Shown: one piece after another, positions 1 through 8,637 of the stretch | Layout: each line of letters opens with the position of its first letter | How positions within the stretch are numbered: position 1 is the stretch's first letter | IMG/VR virus record: IMGVR_UViG_3300025674_000019 | Location: 69,290-133,289 of that record | Source of the DNA: a virus | Strand: one strand, 5' to 3' | Length of the DNA: 64,000 nt | The notes under the pieces: model-generated | Told to the model about the DNA's origin: nothing | Databases searched by the model: none | What the model saw: only the letters and a program-made list of their open reading frames with translations | Translations under genes and position numbers: made by a program

Positions 1-80
1 CGGCTGACTGTTACTCTTCTATGAGCACGCCACCAGCCTGTACGATTTGAGCTGCTTCTTCACACCGTAGGCAACTATAC

Positions 81-152
81 TGGGCCGCCCGGGACTCGAA
101 CCCGGAACCAATGGATTAAAAGTCCACTGCTCTACCATTGAGCTAGCAGCCC
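81..152 (-). tRNA. tRNA-Lys(UUU)
   Basis: Reverse complement GGGCTGCTAGCTCAATGGTAGAGC...GTGGA-CTTTTAA-TCCAT...GGTTCGAGTCCC...GCGGCCCA forms a full cloverleaf; CCA not encoded. Confidence 0.95.
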
Positions 153-175
153 ATGCGCCCCTAGCGGGGCGCTGA

Positions 176-1600
176 CTAAAAGTCGTCTGTCAGCAAGACG
201 TAGGAACTATACGCTGTTAGGGCCGACAATGCTAGGGTCGTTATACCAAGAATCTTATGGCCAGTAGGATATCTCTCCCCCCAGGTGGACAAGCCTCCAT
301 GCACAGAAAGATCCCCTGTGTTTAGGCAGAGGTTACCTTCTTGCTTATAGTCACGACCACAATCTCTGTAGTACTCACCCGCCAACCAGTTGCCCGCAGC
401 TACCAAAGAGAGCAGGCCCCCTAGAACTACAACAGGGTAGTTCCACTCCCCGGGCGCTTCACTGTAGTCCACCAGGCCCCTCGTTACGGCTATTCGGCCC
501 GGCTCTACTTCGGAGTACCTATCGTATGAGCTAAGAGTGTGGATACCCAAGCCATCCTTAAGCACGTGAGTGTAGCCCCAGCCTGGAAGAGAGTCCTGTA
601 GATATTCTCTTAGAGAATGCAGCTCAGCTTCTCTACTAGCCACCTCTCGAGTTTTCTCCGCTATGGCGGGAGACTCTACGTCTATACCGTAGGCCTCTAT
701 CTCTTCATCAAGGTACTCTTGATATCCGAATAGCTGTAGGTGCTCTAGGACTGCAGCCTTCAGAGTAGCCCCGGACACGCTATCGAAGCCCTGTACCTCT
801 CGCAGCGCGGCTAGGTGTGATTCTCTGCCGATAGGCTCAACCCTGGGAGAGTTAAGTATCTCAAGAAATCTACTATACTTCCTAGAGTAGTCCCTCAGGT
901 ACAGCTTGTAGTGCTGTACTTTACGCAGGGCGAGATCAGAGTAGTCTGGGTACTGAATTAAATTGTCCCATAACCTGAGGCGCTCGCTAGCGCTTATACT
1001 CGGGTCAGAGTCAGATTGGGTAGCGTTCTCCAGAGCTCTCATAGCCTCCAGGTCCATAGACCGAGAAGCCCTTAGCTCTGCTACTCTAGTTGCATCAAGT
1101 AATAACCCTTCTCTTCCCTGGCGAGAGAAGCTAACAGGCGCCTCCCCTTCCCTGGTAGTAGCGTTTAGCTTCAGAAAGAAAGCGAGCCTTCTAGACAGCT
1201 CACCAGTGTTACCTATAGAAGAAGACTCGCTGAAGACACTTGTGCCTTCTAGTGATCTAAAAACCTCTAAAGATAACCTTCCAGCTAAAAGCCTGCCTGC
1301 CACTACCCAGTCTGCCCCGACAGTTCTGCCTATATTTACAGAGCACATGTCGGAGCAGTCTTCTAGCTCAGTGCCTTCAGGCAGCAAAGCCTCTACGTTC
1401 TCACTACTGAGAGTCCTATAGGCGGCAGGGTCCGAGATAGTCCTGCGCACTTGCCCAGTGAGATCTATCGCAGCAGTATCTCCCTGTATATTTAGAACTA
1501 GTACACGTGGAAGGCTAGAGGACCTCTCTACTGGCTTGGGCCCTGCGCCACAGCCAAGCAGAAAAGATAAACTAGTAATGCCTACGAATAAGTATCGCAA
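176..1600 (-). CDS. Putative lipoprotein with CsgG/TolB-N-like domain and C-terminal hydrophobic segments
   Basis: TTG at 1600 gives MRYLFVGITSLSFLLG-C (lipobox); CSDMCSVNIGRTVGADWVVAGRL resembles the C-x-D-x-C...G...GAD-x-V-x-G motif common in myxobacterial proteins; ORF track extends to 1642. Confidence 0.6.
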   Translation of the reverse strand: MRYLFVGITSLSFLLGCGAGPKPVERSSSLPRVLVLNIQGDTAAIDLTGQVRRTISDPAAYRTLSSENVEALLPEGTELEDCSDMCSVNIGRTVGADWVVAGRLLAGRLSLEVFRSLEGTSVFSESSSIGNTGELSRRLAFFLKLNATTREGEAPVSFSRQGREGLLLDATRVAELRASRSMDLEAMRALENATQSDSDPSISASERLRLWDNLIQYPDYSDLALRKVQHYKLYLRDYSRKYSRFLEILNSPRVEPIGRESHLAALREVQGFDSVSGATLKAAVLEHLQLFGYQEYLDEEIEAYGIDVESPAIAEKTREVASREAELHSLREYLQDSLPGWGYTHVLKDGLGIHTLSSYDRYSEVEPGRIAVTRGLVDYSEAPGEWNYPVVVLGGLLSLVAAGNWLAGEYYRDCGRDYKQEGNLCLNTGDLSVHGGLSTWGERYPTGHKILGITTLALSALTAYSSYVLLTDDF

Positions 1601-1760
1601 AGCCAAGCAACAAGAACCAGCCAATGCCCGTCCACCCTGCAAAGATATTAAGCAGGAAGATACCGGGGGTACGGCGCAGCTTACGGGAGCTAGCGATTAT
1701 ACTCGGTAGGAAGTAGGCTACAGTTATACCAAAGCCGATTACTAGAGCTTCAACGCTCAT
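1572..1760 (-). CDS. imm: Superinfection immunity protein (T4 Imm-like)
   Basis: YFLPSIIA...IFLLNIFAGWTGIGW matches the Imm family signature; small, hydrophobic. Confidence 0.8.
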   Translation of the reverse strand: MSVEALVIGFGITVAYFLPSIIASSRKLRRTPGIFLLNIFAGWTGIGWFLLLGFAILIRRHY

Positions 1761-1911
1761 CGCGCTTATTCCTCAATTGCTTGAGTGCCCACTTCGGAGG
1801 GTTCTTCATAAGATAAACCTTTTGAAGAAACTCCAAAGGATCTTTATATTCTGACTGGTTACTCCAGTTGCTTAGTACTTCAGGGTGCAACCCTTTGTGC
1901 GTCTCTTTCAT
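1750..1911 (-). CDS. Hypothetical 53-aa protein
   Basis: Strong RBS AAGGAGGAACT before ATG; MKETHKGLHPEV...; overlaps the imm start; below the ORF-track cutoff. Confidence 0.6.
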   Translation of the reverse strand: MKETHKGLHPEVLSNWSNQSEYKDPLEFLQKVYLMKNPPKWALKQLRNKRDER

Positions 1912-1934
1912 AGTTCCTCCTTTGAAGAGACAAG

Positions 1935-2008
1935 CGTACCAGGCAGGGCTCGAACCTGCGACCCTCGGCTTAGGAGGCCGATGCTCTATCCATCTGAGCT
2001 ACTGGTAC
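1935..2008 (-). tRNA. tRNA-Arg(CCU)
   Basis: GTACCAGTAGCTCAG...TCGGC-CTCCTAA-GCCGA...GGTTCGAGCCC...CTGGTACG cloverleaf. Confidence 0.95.
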
Positions 2009-2067
2009 CTATGTCCGGGTTTACCGGACTGAGGGCACTTAGTCCAGAACTTCTACTAGCTCAAGAC

Positions 2068-2262
2068 TTACTCCTCCGTATACCCATCGAACCAAGGCCC
2101 AAACCTCTTAGTTCTACGCACAGCCTCAGGACTGGTAGCTGTGCGGCTACTTGTCTCTGGGTCCCTGCAGTGAGCCTGAGCTTCTTCCTCAGTGAGCCCT
2201 GTCTGCCCGTAGTCTCTACGAGAAGAGTCCCTGTAGAAGCGAACTATTTTATAAGTCGCCAC
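2068..2262 (-). CDS. Conserved small phage hypothetical protein
   Basis: YKIVRF...GLTEEEAQAHCRDPETSS...WFDGY resembles a recurrent small phage protein; likely GTG start at 2262. Confidence 0.7.
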   Translation of the reverse strand: MATYKIVRFYRDSSRRDYGQTGLTEEEAQAHCRDPETSSRTATSPEAVRRTKRFGPWFDGYTEE

Positions 2263-2506
2263 TACCATACCCGCTCTTAGGCCCACGCACATGATCGAGC
2301 ATAGCTTCCCAGTCCTCAGCAAATGTCACTAAGTCTGATAGATAGTTCTCTTGAACCATCTTATACGAATTCCTAGGGGACACCCTAGGCTCCTTACCCT
2401 GAGACTGCTCCATAAGCTTGGAGAACTCTTCGTAGCTAAGTCCAGCTTTAGCGCAGATCAACTGAAGCGCTCTTTCTGCCGGAGTATAGTTTCGACCTCT
2501 AGCCAT
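2249..2506 (-). CDS. Hypothetical protein
   Basis: 85-aa ATG ORF co-oriented with and overlapping its neighbour. Confidence 0.6.
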   Translation of the reverse strand: MARGRNYTPAERALQLICAKAGLSYEEFSKLMEQSQGKEPRVSPRNSYKMVQENYLSDLVTFAEDWEAMLDHVRGPKSGYGSGDL

Positions 2507-2580
2507 AACACACGATACCCGTGCTTTTGTAGCATCTACTGCTTTCGTTGTTCATGCTTTACCTCCATGAACAGAGTGAG

Positions 2581-2654
2581 TACTCGGAGTGGGACTTGAA
2601 CCCACGACCCCCGGTATGTAAGACCGGTGCTCTAACCAACTGAGCTACCCGAGT
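2581..2654 (-). tRNA. tRNA-Val(UAC)
   Basis: ACTCGGGTAGCTCAGTTGG...CCGGT-CTTACAT-ACCGG...GGTTCAAGTCCC...CCGAGTA. Confidence 0.95.
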
Positions 2655-2714
2655 ATAGATTCCCCACCTCAATGGAGCTTAGTGCAGTAATATTAATAAA
2701 CGAGGCGGGGAAAG

Positions 2715-2787
2715 TGCTGGAAGAGGGACTTGAACCCCCGGCCGGCTGATTACAAATCAGCAGCTCTACCAACTGAGCTATTCCAGC
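2715..2787 (-). tRNA. tRNA-Thr(UGU)
   Basis: GCTGGAATAGCTCAGTTGG...GCTGA-TTTGTAA-TCAGC...GGTTCAAGTCCC...TTCCAGCA. Confidence 0.95.
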
Positions 2788-2905
2788 TTAGGTCCCGCAG
2801 TACTAGGCTACCCTGCGGAGCGGTAATGGGCAAAAGGAGGAAAATCCCAAGACCCTTTGGCTTAAACTGCTCACCACAAACAATATGCACCTCCGAATCG
2901 CCTAC

Positions 2906-2987
2906 TGCCCCGGGCCGGACTCGAACCGGCACGCCTCTCGGCGGGAGATTTTAAGTCTCCTGTGTCTACCGGTTCCACCACCAGGGC
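2906..2987 (-). tRNA. tRNA-Leu(UAA)
   Basis: GCCCTGGTGGTGGAA...GGAGA-CTTAAAA-TCTCC, long variable arm, GGTTCGAGTCC. Confidence 0.95.
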
Positions 2988-3026
2988 ATATCCTTCCTTT
3001 CCTAGTATCAATGGCGTATATGCGCG

Positions 3027-3218
3027 TCAACACATTTCTGCAAGCCAAGACTCTCCTGAGGGAGTAACTCGCCAAGTGGCATCGCCCATAGTAACAATGG
3101 CGTAGGTTTCTGAAGGCTTCGATACTACTTTGAAGCCCCACTTGTTATCTTTAGAGTCTTTCGTAAGAAACTCGACGCCCTTAAGGACGATATCTACATT
3201 CTTTCTTCTATTTTTCAT
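3027..3218 (-). CDS. Hypothetical protein
   Basis: 63-aa ATG ORF overlapping the upstream gene end, same operon. Confidence 0.55.
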   Translation of the reverse strand: MKNRRKNVDIVLKGVEFLTKDSKDNKWGFKVVSKPSETYAIVTMGDATWRVTPSGESWLAEMC

Positions 3219-3768
3219 CTATATCCTTTGGCCACCAATAAGGAGGCTCCGCGTTAGTCCAAGTGGCAAACTTAGCTTTGTCTGCTACGTAGAACTTCCT
3301 ATAAGACCCCACAGGGTCACTAGGATCTTTAAGATGCTCAAGCTCAGGCCCGAATGCTAGATAAGGGGGCGTAACCTTATCCTGCCTAGGGAACAAGCAC
3401 CTTCCCTCTAACCTAAGCCCTAGAGCAAACCTAAAGGCCAACTTAGCTACGCGGTAACTCTTATGCTGAGTACCGAATCTAAGCCTCTGCTGGCTACTCA
3501 TGCCTATAGAATGCCTGTAAGCCCATTTAAAATTAGGCCAGCTCTCTCCTACCCAGATCGTGCACCCATGCTTATGGTGTGCCGTCTTATAGAGGAACTT
3601 AAGCCCCTCTGGGAGCTGCTCTCTAGGGACGTTTATTAGCCCCATGCGCATCCTTACAGCTGTACACAGCATTTGAGCTGTCTCTAGCTGCATTAAAGTG
3701 ACGTGTTGATCGCACAACCACCCTGCTGCTTTGAGAGGATTATGGTCCAGATAAAATACGTTCAACAT
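3208..3768 (-). CDS. Pyrimidine-dimer DNA glycosylase / DenV-like family protein, paralog 2
   Basis: NVFYLDHNP..AA..LCDQHV..M.LE.AQML; YKTAH..H.CT.W; YR.FY..DK..FATW...EPP.WW. Confidence 0.8.
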   Translation of the reverse strand: MLNVFYLDHNPLKAAGWLCDQHVTLMQLETAQMLCTAVRMRMGLINVPREQLPEGLKFLYKTAHHKHGCTIWVGESWPNFKWAYRHSIGMSSQQRLRFGTQHKSYRVAKLAFRFALGLRLEGRCLFPRQDKVTPPYLAFGPELEHLKDPSDPVGSYRKFYVADKAKFATWTNAEPPYWWPKDIDEK

Positions 3769-4313
3769 TTTTCTTTAGGCCACCAGGGTGGCGGCTCAGA
3801 GTTAGTCCAGGTGGCAAACTTAGCTTTGTCTGCTATGTAGAACCTCCTGTATGACCCCGCCGGGTCCATCGGGTTCTTTAGGTGCTCTAGTGCTGGACCG
3901 AATGCCATATAGGGAGGAGTAGTAGTCATAGACTCAGGGAGAATAAAGTTATGCTCCTTTCTCTCTTTATGCAGGAACAACCAAGCATCCTTAGCGACCC
4001 GAAAGCTTTTATGCCTCGTACCAAATCGCTGCTTGTGTTGCGCGTGCATTTGAATAACGTGCATAAACAGCCATTGAAAGTTACTAAAGCACTCTCCCAC
4101 CCATTTAGTACTGCCGTGCTTAGGATGAGCCGTCTTGTAGAGAAACTTAAGCTCGTCGGGAAGCTCTTCTCTTGGAGTATCCTCCAGGCTCATGTGAACT
4201 CTAATAGCCGTACACATCATCTGTGCAGACTCTAGAATCATCTTAGAGACATGTTGATCACACAGCCAAGTAGCGGCTATAACTGGGTCGTCATCAAGGT
4301 AGAATACGTTCAC
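3762..4313 (-). CDS. Pyrimidine-dimer DNA glycosylase / DenV-like family protein, paralog 1
   Basis: MNVFYLDDDP..AA..LCDQHVSKMILESAQM signature; same C-terminal motif as the neighbour. Confidence 0.85.
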   Translation of the reverse strand: MNVFYLDDDPVIAATWLCDQHVSKMILESAQMMCTAIRVHMSLEDTPREELPDELKFLYKTAHPKHGSTKWVGECFSNFQWLFMHVIQMHAQHKQRFGTRHKSFRVAKDAWLFLHKERKEHNFILPESMTTTPPYMAFGPALEHLKNPMDPAGSYRRFYIADKAKFATWTNSEPPPWWPKEKC

Positions 4314-4678
4314 TAGAACTTCTTGAGAACTCGGTGCACTTCGTAGTAGCTAAGGGCTCCGCGCTCTTCTATATCTGTGATTTCGTCTCCCAGACGTATA
4401 AACTGGTAAGACGTGTCCAGGCCTTGAGAGTCTAGCCATCTAAGGTAGTAGACTACTCTGTCTATCTTAGGATTGTCACAGAACTCGTACCACCTGGTAT
4501 TCACAGAGGAGAACTCAACCAACTCTTCTTCCTCTTGCATGGTACAAAAGACGAACTTAAGCGTGTCAAGGATAGAGTCTTTACCCTCTCCTGTAACCCA
4601 AAGCTCATACTCTTCAGTCTTTCTAGAAAGCTCTTCGCTAGTAGAGAAGACCAGGGTAACATCGCTTCTATAGCTCAT
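4313..4678 (-). CDS. Conserved phage hypothetical protein
   Basis: MSYRSDV...RWY...YQFIRLGDE..DIEERG, a recurrent phage protein pattern. Confidence 0.7.
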   Translation of the reverse strand: MSYRSDVTLVFSTSEELSRKTEEYELWVTGEGKDSILDTLKFVFCTMQEEEELVEFSSVNTRWYEFCDNPKIDRVVYYLRWLDSQGLDTSYQFIRLGDEITDIEERGALSYYEVHRVLKKF

Positions 4679-4683
4679 CTAAA

Positions 4684-4765
4684 TGCCCAGGGAGGGAATC
4701 GAACCCTCACGCCCGAAGGCACAGGAACCTAAATCCTGCGCGTCTACCAATTCCGCCACCTGGGC
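4684..4765 (-). tRNA. tRNA-Leu(UAG)
   Basis: GCCCAGGTGGCGGAATTGGTAGACGCG-CAGGA-TTTAGGT-TCCTG, long variable arm, GGTTCGATTCCC. Confidence 0.95.
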
Positions 4766-4878
4766 AGGCCCAAGCACATTGGCAGCTTTGACTCTAAAGG
4801 TCAATAGGCTCGTATAGAGCTTCTTATAATAGAGTTCAGCATAGCACATGCTCATCTCCTAAAAGACATTAGCAAAAG

Positions 4879-4909
4879 CTTATGACAGCAAACTAATAGC
4901 TTTTGCTAT
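4879..4909 (-). promoter_or_regulatory. Putative phage early promoter for the tRNA/DenV operon
   Basis: TAGCAAAA...TGTCATAAG on the minus strand, directly after the repeated terminator. Confidence 0.55.
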
Positions 4910-4915
4910 TGATTA

Positions 4916-4952
4916 GTCATAGCTAAAAGAAAAGTTCCTTAGGCTTTTCTTT
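4916..4952 (-). terminator. Repeated terminator-like hairpin, copy 1
   Basis: AAAGAAAAG-CCTAAGGAA-CTTTTCTTT-TAGCTATGAC; identical to 9666-9702 in the opposite orientation. Confidence 0.7.
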
Positions 4953-4961
4953 AAACTAGAT

Positions 4962-5171
4962 TTATTCCTTACTGTACCACCCTACCCAGACAAAGCCGAA
5001 CAGGGGTGATATGAACATTGGGATTGCGATCACATCAGGGATCCATGGAGAACCCTTAATCGCAATACAGCTCGCTGCCAAGCAGCCCAGGAGTACCTGG
5101 ATTTCCCGGTTGAAGAGCTGCTTGAGTATCTCTCCCCAGCTCATCTCGGGCTCGTGCTCGGGCTCGCTCAA
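4962..5171 (-). CDS. Small membrane protein
   Basis: 69 aa with two hydrophobic segments; 4-bp overlap with the upstream gene. Confidence 0.6.
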   Translation of the reverse strand: MSEPEHEPEMSWGEILKQLFNREIQVLLGCLAASCIAIKGSPWIPDVIAIPMFISPLFGFVWVGWYSKE

Positions 5172-6286
5172 CTCTCGCCACCTTCCTTAGCTGCGAGCTT
5201 AGCGTGGATCCGGGCGTGGATCCGGGCGATCTTGAGGACACTCTCGGTATCCTCCATCGCCTCGAATGGATCCCCAGGTAGATCCAAGGTGAAGGCCCAC
5301 GCCTTCTCCGAGCACCTGCTCCCTCGGCCCTTGTAGAAGCGAGCCTTCTCAGCAAGCTCAGGAAACTCCTTCTCAAGGATGAGCATCGTCTCGCGGTGAC
5401 GAATGCTCTGCCGAGCGGCTGGGTCCGCGCTCACGTAGAGGTTGACCTCTCGGTCGTACCCTGGGATAGAGAAGAGCCTGCGTGCACACCCATCTTTATT
5501 TTCCCAGGACCCCTTAGGGAGGTACTTAACCTCACCCTCAGAGATCTCCCTTGGCAGGAGAATGTCAACATCCGATAGGCCATTAGCGTCAGCTAGGCCA
5601 CCAGATACGTGGACACACCCGAAGGGTAGTTCTCCGACAACATCGTCAAAGATGTCGTCCTGGGTCTGAAAGCTCGCACCCCACTTCAGGAGCCTCTTGC
5701 GATACTCACGGATCCAGCCGTAGCTGGCTCCGCGCCTCTCCAAGTGGCCGGGAGCCAAAAGCACCATCCAGGAGCGGACATTATGAAGGCGGTCCCGCCT
5801 CCAGTCTACTTCCCGGTGGATCCTCCGGTACTCCTCGAAGGCTTCAAGCACCTTCCCAGAGGTACCCATAGCTCTCAGGACATTGAGAGCTGTGTCCACC
5901 TCCTGGACCTCCATCGAACGCCACCAGAAGTCAGCGTTGAAGCAGGGCCCAACCGCCTCACCGAGGCTGCGGATCGCCTGACGAAGATCCACCTGAAACC
6001 CAGCAAGCTTGGTCTCCAGAGAGTACTCTTCGTCTTGGCAATTGATGAGCGCTCGGACCATCTCGTCACAGAGGCTCTCACTCTCGTCGCCGCCTTCAGA
6101 GAGCAGCTGATCTACGAGCACCTCAACCCAGGAGCGCTCTTCGACCTCGCAGGCACCTTCGCCTGCTTTGAGGACAGTACCGTCCTCTAAGTCTTGCTGG
6201 TAGATCTTGTCGAGATCCCAGCCCTGACCTGCAACGCCAATACGGGCGTTCTTTTTAGTATCTGAGGTTCCCCCAGTTGCAGACAT
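5168..6286 (-). CDS. Hypothetical protein with C-terminal nucleotidyltransferase-like domain
   Basis: ATG with AGGAGG RBS; VHVSGGLADANGLSDVDILL resembles the pol-beta NTase hG[GS]...hDhDh motif; GC-rich. Confidence 0.55.
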   Translation of the reverse strand: MSATGGTSDTKKNARIGVAGQGWDLDKIYQQDLEDGTVLKAGEGACEVEERSWVEVLVDQLLSEGGDESESLCDEMVRALINCQDEEYSLETKLAGFQVDLRQAIRSLGEAVGPCFNADFWWRSMEVQEVDTALNVLRAMGTSGKVLEAFEEYRRIHREVDWRRDRLHNVRSWMVLLAPGHLERRGASYGWIREYRKRLLKWGASFQTQDDIFDDVVGELPFGCVHVSGGLADANGLSDVDILLPREISEGEVKYLPKGSWENKDGCARRLFSIPGYDREVNLYVSADPAARQSIRHRETMLILEKEFPELAEKARFYKGRGSRCSEKAWAFTLDLPGDPFEAMEDTESVLKIARIHARIHAKLAAKEGGES

Positions 6287-6314
6287 AATGACCTCCTAAA
6301 GCCATGTCCAATTT

Positions 6315-6345
6315 CTTATACCAGATCCAACCCTAAGATTTGTGT
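6315..6345 (-). promoter_or_regulatory. Putative phage early promoter
   Basis: ACACAAAT-N14-TGGTATAAG upstream of the 5168-6286 gene; same spacing as other copies. Confidence 0.55.
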
Positions 6346-6365
6346 GTACGGTAATGGAGGGTAGC

Positions 6366-7226
6366 ATGCTTACTTTTAGTGAGTTGGAAGTTTCGCCTAG
6401 TGAGATCGACGACCTTTACGACAGGGGATTTGCTAAGAATACCAAACACTTAGAATCAGGCTTCTATGCTTTCAAGTCTGGCAATCAGTCAGCTCTTGTT
6501 CATTGCAGAGGAGACTACATCGACCTCATAGAGTCAAAGGGGCTCACCTTCCAAGGAGTAAAGCCAAGGGACTCTAAGCAAACTTGCATGATGTTCTCTA
6601 TGGCTAACTACCCGCTCACTGTAGCTATGGGCGCAGCTGGAACAGGTAAGACAACGCTAGCGTGCGCCTTTGCCCTTCACTCCCACTTTAAGAAAGACAA
6701 TAACATAGTACTACTGAAGCCTACTTCTTTTACTACAAAGATGAGCAACGCCATAGCACCTATACCCGGAGACCATCGTGAGAAGATGGCTGGGTACATA
6801 GATTCATACTTATTTGCTATGAACAATATACTAGGTGAAAACTTTGAGCATTACCTCTTTCAGCTGGAAGAAGAGAAGAAGCTAGTCTACCAACCCCTTG
6901 AACTTGTTAGGGGAATGAACTTTGATAAGAGTACTATCATCATCGATGAAGCCCAGAATACTACACCCCATGAGTTACTTACTGTTATATCCCGTGTAGC
7001 AGAATCAAGTAAGATCATAGTGATGGGTGACCTACAGCAAATAGACATAGGTCTAGAGCCAGAAGAGACAGGGCTAGGCTGCCTTCTAGACTCAGACCTA
7101 TTTTGGGACAGCCCTCACTGCGGAGCCATAGAGCTAGACTCTCAGTACCGAGGCCCACTGGCAGAACTAGCGGGAGAAATACTAAAGGATCTCTACGCGC
7201 AAAAAGAACCCATCAAAATGGCATAA
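6366..7226 (+). CDS. phoH: PhoH-family ATPase
   Basis: GAAGTGKT Walker A, PIPGD..EKM, PLELVRGMNF, IIIDEAQN, MGDLQQID; GGAGG RBS before ATG 6366. Confidence 0.93.
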   Translation: MLTFSELEVSPSEIDDLYDRGFAKNTKHLESGFYAFKSGNQSALVHCRGDYIDLIESKGLTFQGVKPRDSKQTCMMFSMANYPLTVAMGAAGTGKTTLACAFALHSHFKKDNNIVLLKPTSFTTKMSNAIAPIPGDHREKMAGYIDSYLFAMNNILGENFEHYLFQLEEEKKLVYQPLELVRGMNFDKSTIIIDEAQNTTPHELLTVISRVAESSKIIVMGDLQQIDIGLEPEETGLGCLLDSDLFWDSPHCGAIELDSQYRGPLAELAGEILKDLYAQKEPIKMA

Positions 7227-7234
7227 GTATATGA
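7197..7234 (+). promoter_or_regulatory. Putative phage early promoter overlapping the phoH end, directly upstream of the large RNA
   Basis: GCGCAAAA-N14-TGGCATAAGTATATGA; 21 nt identical to 9732-9752. Confidence 0.65.
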
Positions 7235-7250
7235 GTGAAGCATTTATGTA

Positions 7251-7870
7251 GTGTAGCGGCCTACCGGTTGCGCATGGACTTCACTTTTGCTGTGCTGCGA
7301 AGCATAGCGCGACGGCCACACCTGCAGCAGATTCGTCTGTGGCGTTCAGCAGGGAAAAGCTCAGAGGTCTGCCGAAGACTATCTACCTGGGCTGGGGCTT
7401 GGTATCCCTATTTAACAAAATTACCAGGCGGTGCGCTGAGGAGTGCACTGGAGCTTGACGTAGTCACGTAAAGCTATAGCCTGGCAGCTTCGGCTGTCAG
7501 CAGTTCGAGAGGACTGAGCGGGGGAGAGGGTCTCGCTGCAAAACAAAAGACACTCTACGATCAGCTTAAGTGACATTTGCTGAGCGTTTTCCAGTGTAGT
7601 GGTGCGGCACTCACAATGGATAAGTAATGGGAAAACTTCGGGCTCGTCCCGGAGTTCCGTGCAATAGGCGAAAGCCTACCCACGTCGGGGACAATAACAA
7701 GCAAAACCGGCGGCTAGAAGAGAAAGGTGCGCACCTTATATAGGGCAATCCGAATATCTTAGCAGAGCCTCGGCAGGCCATTGGTAACTGTCGGGTAGAT
7801 GCCTCTCGGTGGAGGCTGCTCTAAAGGAAGGTTGAAGCGCTAAGAACTGGCTCACTTTGGTGGGTCTTTC
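7251..7870 (+). ncRNA. Large ornate structured non-coding RNA (size and context like GOLLD/ROOL; family unassigned)
   Basis: Hairpins with GCGA, UUCG, GAGA and GAAA tetraloops; long-range helices 7366-75/7770-79, 7381-90/7791-7800, 7406-11/7740-45, 7430-36/7729-35, 7444-53/7589-98; no credible ORF. Confidence 0.75.
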
Positions 7871-7886
7871 TCTGACGCGTGGAGGC

Positions 7887-7954
7887 CTTTTCTTTAGCTC
7901 TTACACCTGATGATAGACGTAAATTGGTACCTCCAAATTGGCATAAGCATCTGA
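7887..7954 (+). repeat. Terminator-tail + promoter element, copy A
   Basis: CTTTTCTTTAGCT..TGATGATAGACGTAAA...AAATTGGCATAAG. Confidence 0.8.
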
Positions 7955-8013
7955 ACCAAAAAAAGGGCTTACACAGCCCACTTCTACGCAGGCCTAAGGC
8001 CGAGGAGAGAGAT

Positions 8014-8598
8014 ATGTCTGACTATCTTTTTAGTGGGTACTTTAATAATCAGAATCTACTAAGCGGGTCCGCTACGGGACTCTTCGACAACCGACACCTC
8101 CAGGACCTCCTGGAGGAGGGCCTAGAGCCCACGGAGGTTGACTGGGGAGGGGACTCCCGTCGCTGCTGGGCCTGGTGCCCAGAGGAGGTAGCCACTAGAA
8201 ATCCAGGCTTCGGAAGACCAGTAAGATGGCGCAGGGGCCGCGGAGCCCCAGAAGCAATCACTTTCGGAGGGGCGGTGTTTACCTCCCGCGAGTGGAAGAA
8301 AAGCACAGTCGCGAGGAGGAGAGCCGGTGCGCGCTCAAGAAAGTGGGAGGAGCCTCAGCAGAGGCCCTCGTTCACTTTTCTGCTGCGCAGGCGCGCAGAG
8401 GAAAAGAGCTGTAGTGTAGCCAAGCTACTACTCCAGCAACTGCGCATAGAAAGGCTGACCCACCTGCCGCGGTGGGACGGGGGGCTAGAGCCTCTCCGGA
8501 AGGCTATTATGGCCGCCGAGTGGCAAGGGCTGCCATACGGCCACAGCTTCCAGAGTTTCTGGGAGTGGTGGGCAGTCCACATCCACCCCAGGCTCTAG
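8014..8598 (+). CDS. Hypothetical early protein
   Basis: GAGGAG RBS before ATG 8014 (MSDYLF...); GC-rich; between repeat copies A and B. Confidence 0.65.
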   Translation: MSDYLFSGYFNNQNLLSGSATGLFDNRHLQDLLEEGLEPTEVDWGGDSRRCWAWCPEEVATRNPGFGRPVRWRRGRGAPEAITFGGAVFTSREWKKSTVARRRAGARSRKWEEPQQRPSFTFLLRRRAEEKSCSVAKLLLQQLRIERLTHLPRWDGGLEPLRKAIMAAEWQGLPYGHSFQSFWEWWAVHIHPRL

Positions 8599-8637
8599 GC
8601 CCGGGGCGGGGCCTGAACCCGCTCTCGGAGCCCTGCC

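Noticed and set aside
2660-2713. Extra tRNA or small RNA between Val and Thr tRNAs
   Set aside because: Only a single imperfect stem (TTCCCCACCTC/GAGGCGGGGAA) without D or T arms
7235-7471. 78-aa ORF inside the structured region
   Set aside because: GTG start with no RBS and no recognisable features; dense tetraloop hairpins are better explained by RNA
7251-7870. tmRNA, RNase P RNA or group I/II intron
   Set aside because: No tRNA-like GGGG...CCACCA ends, no GAGGAAAGUCC core, no recognisable intron core motifs and no interrupted host gene
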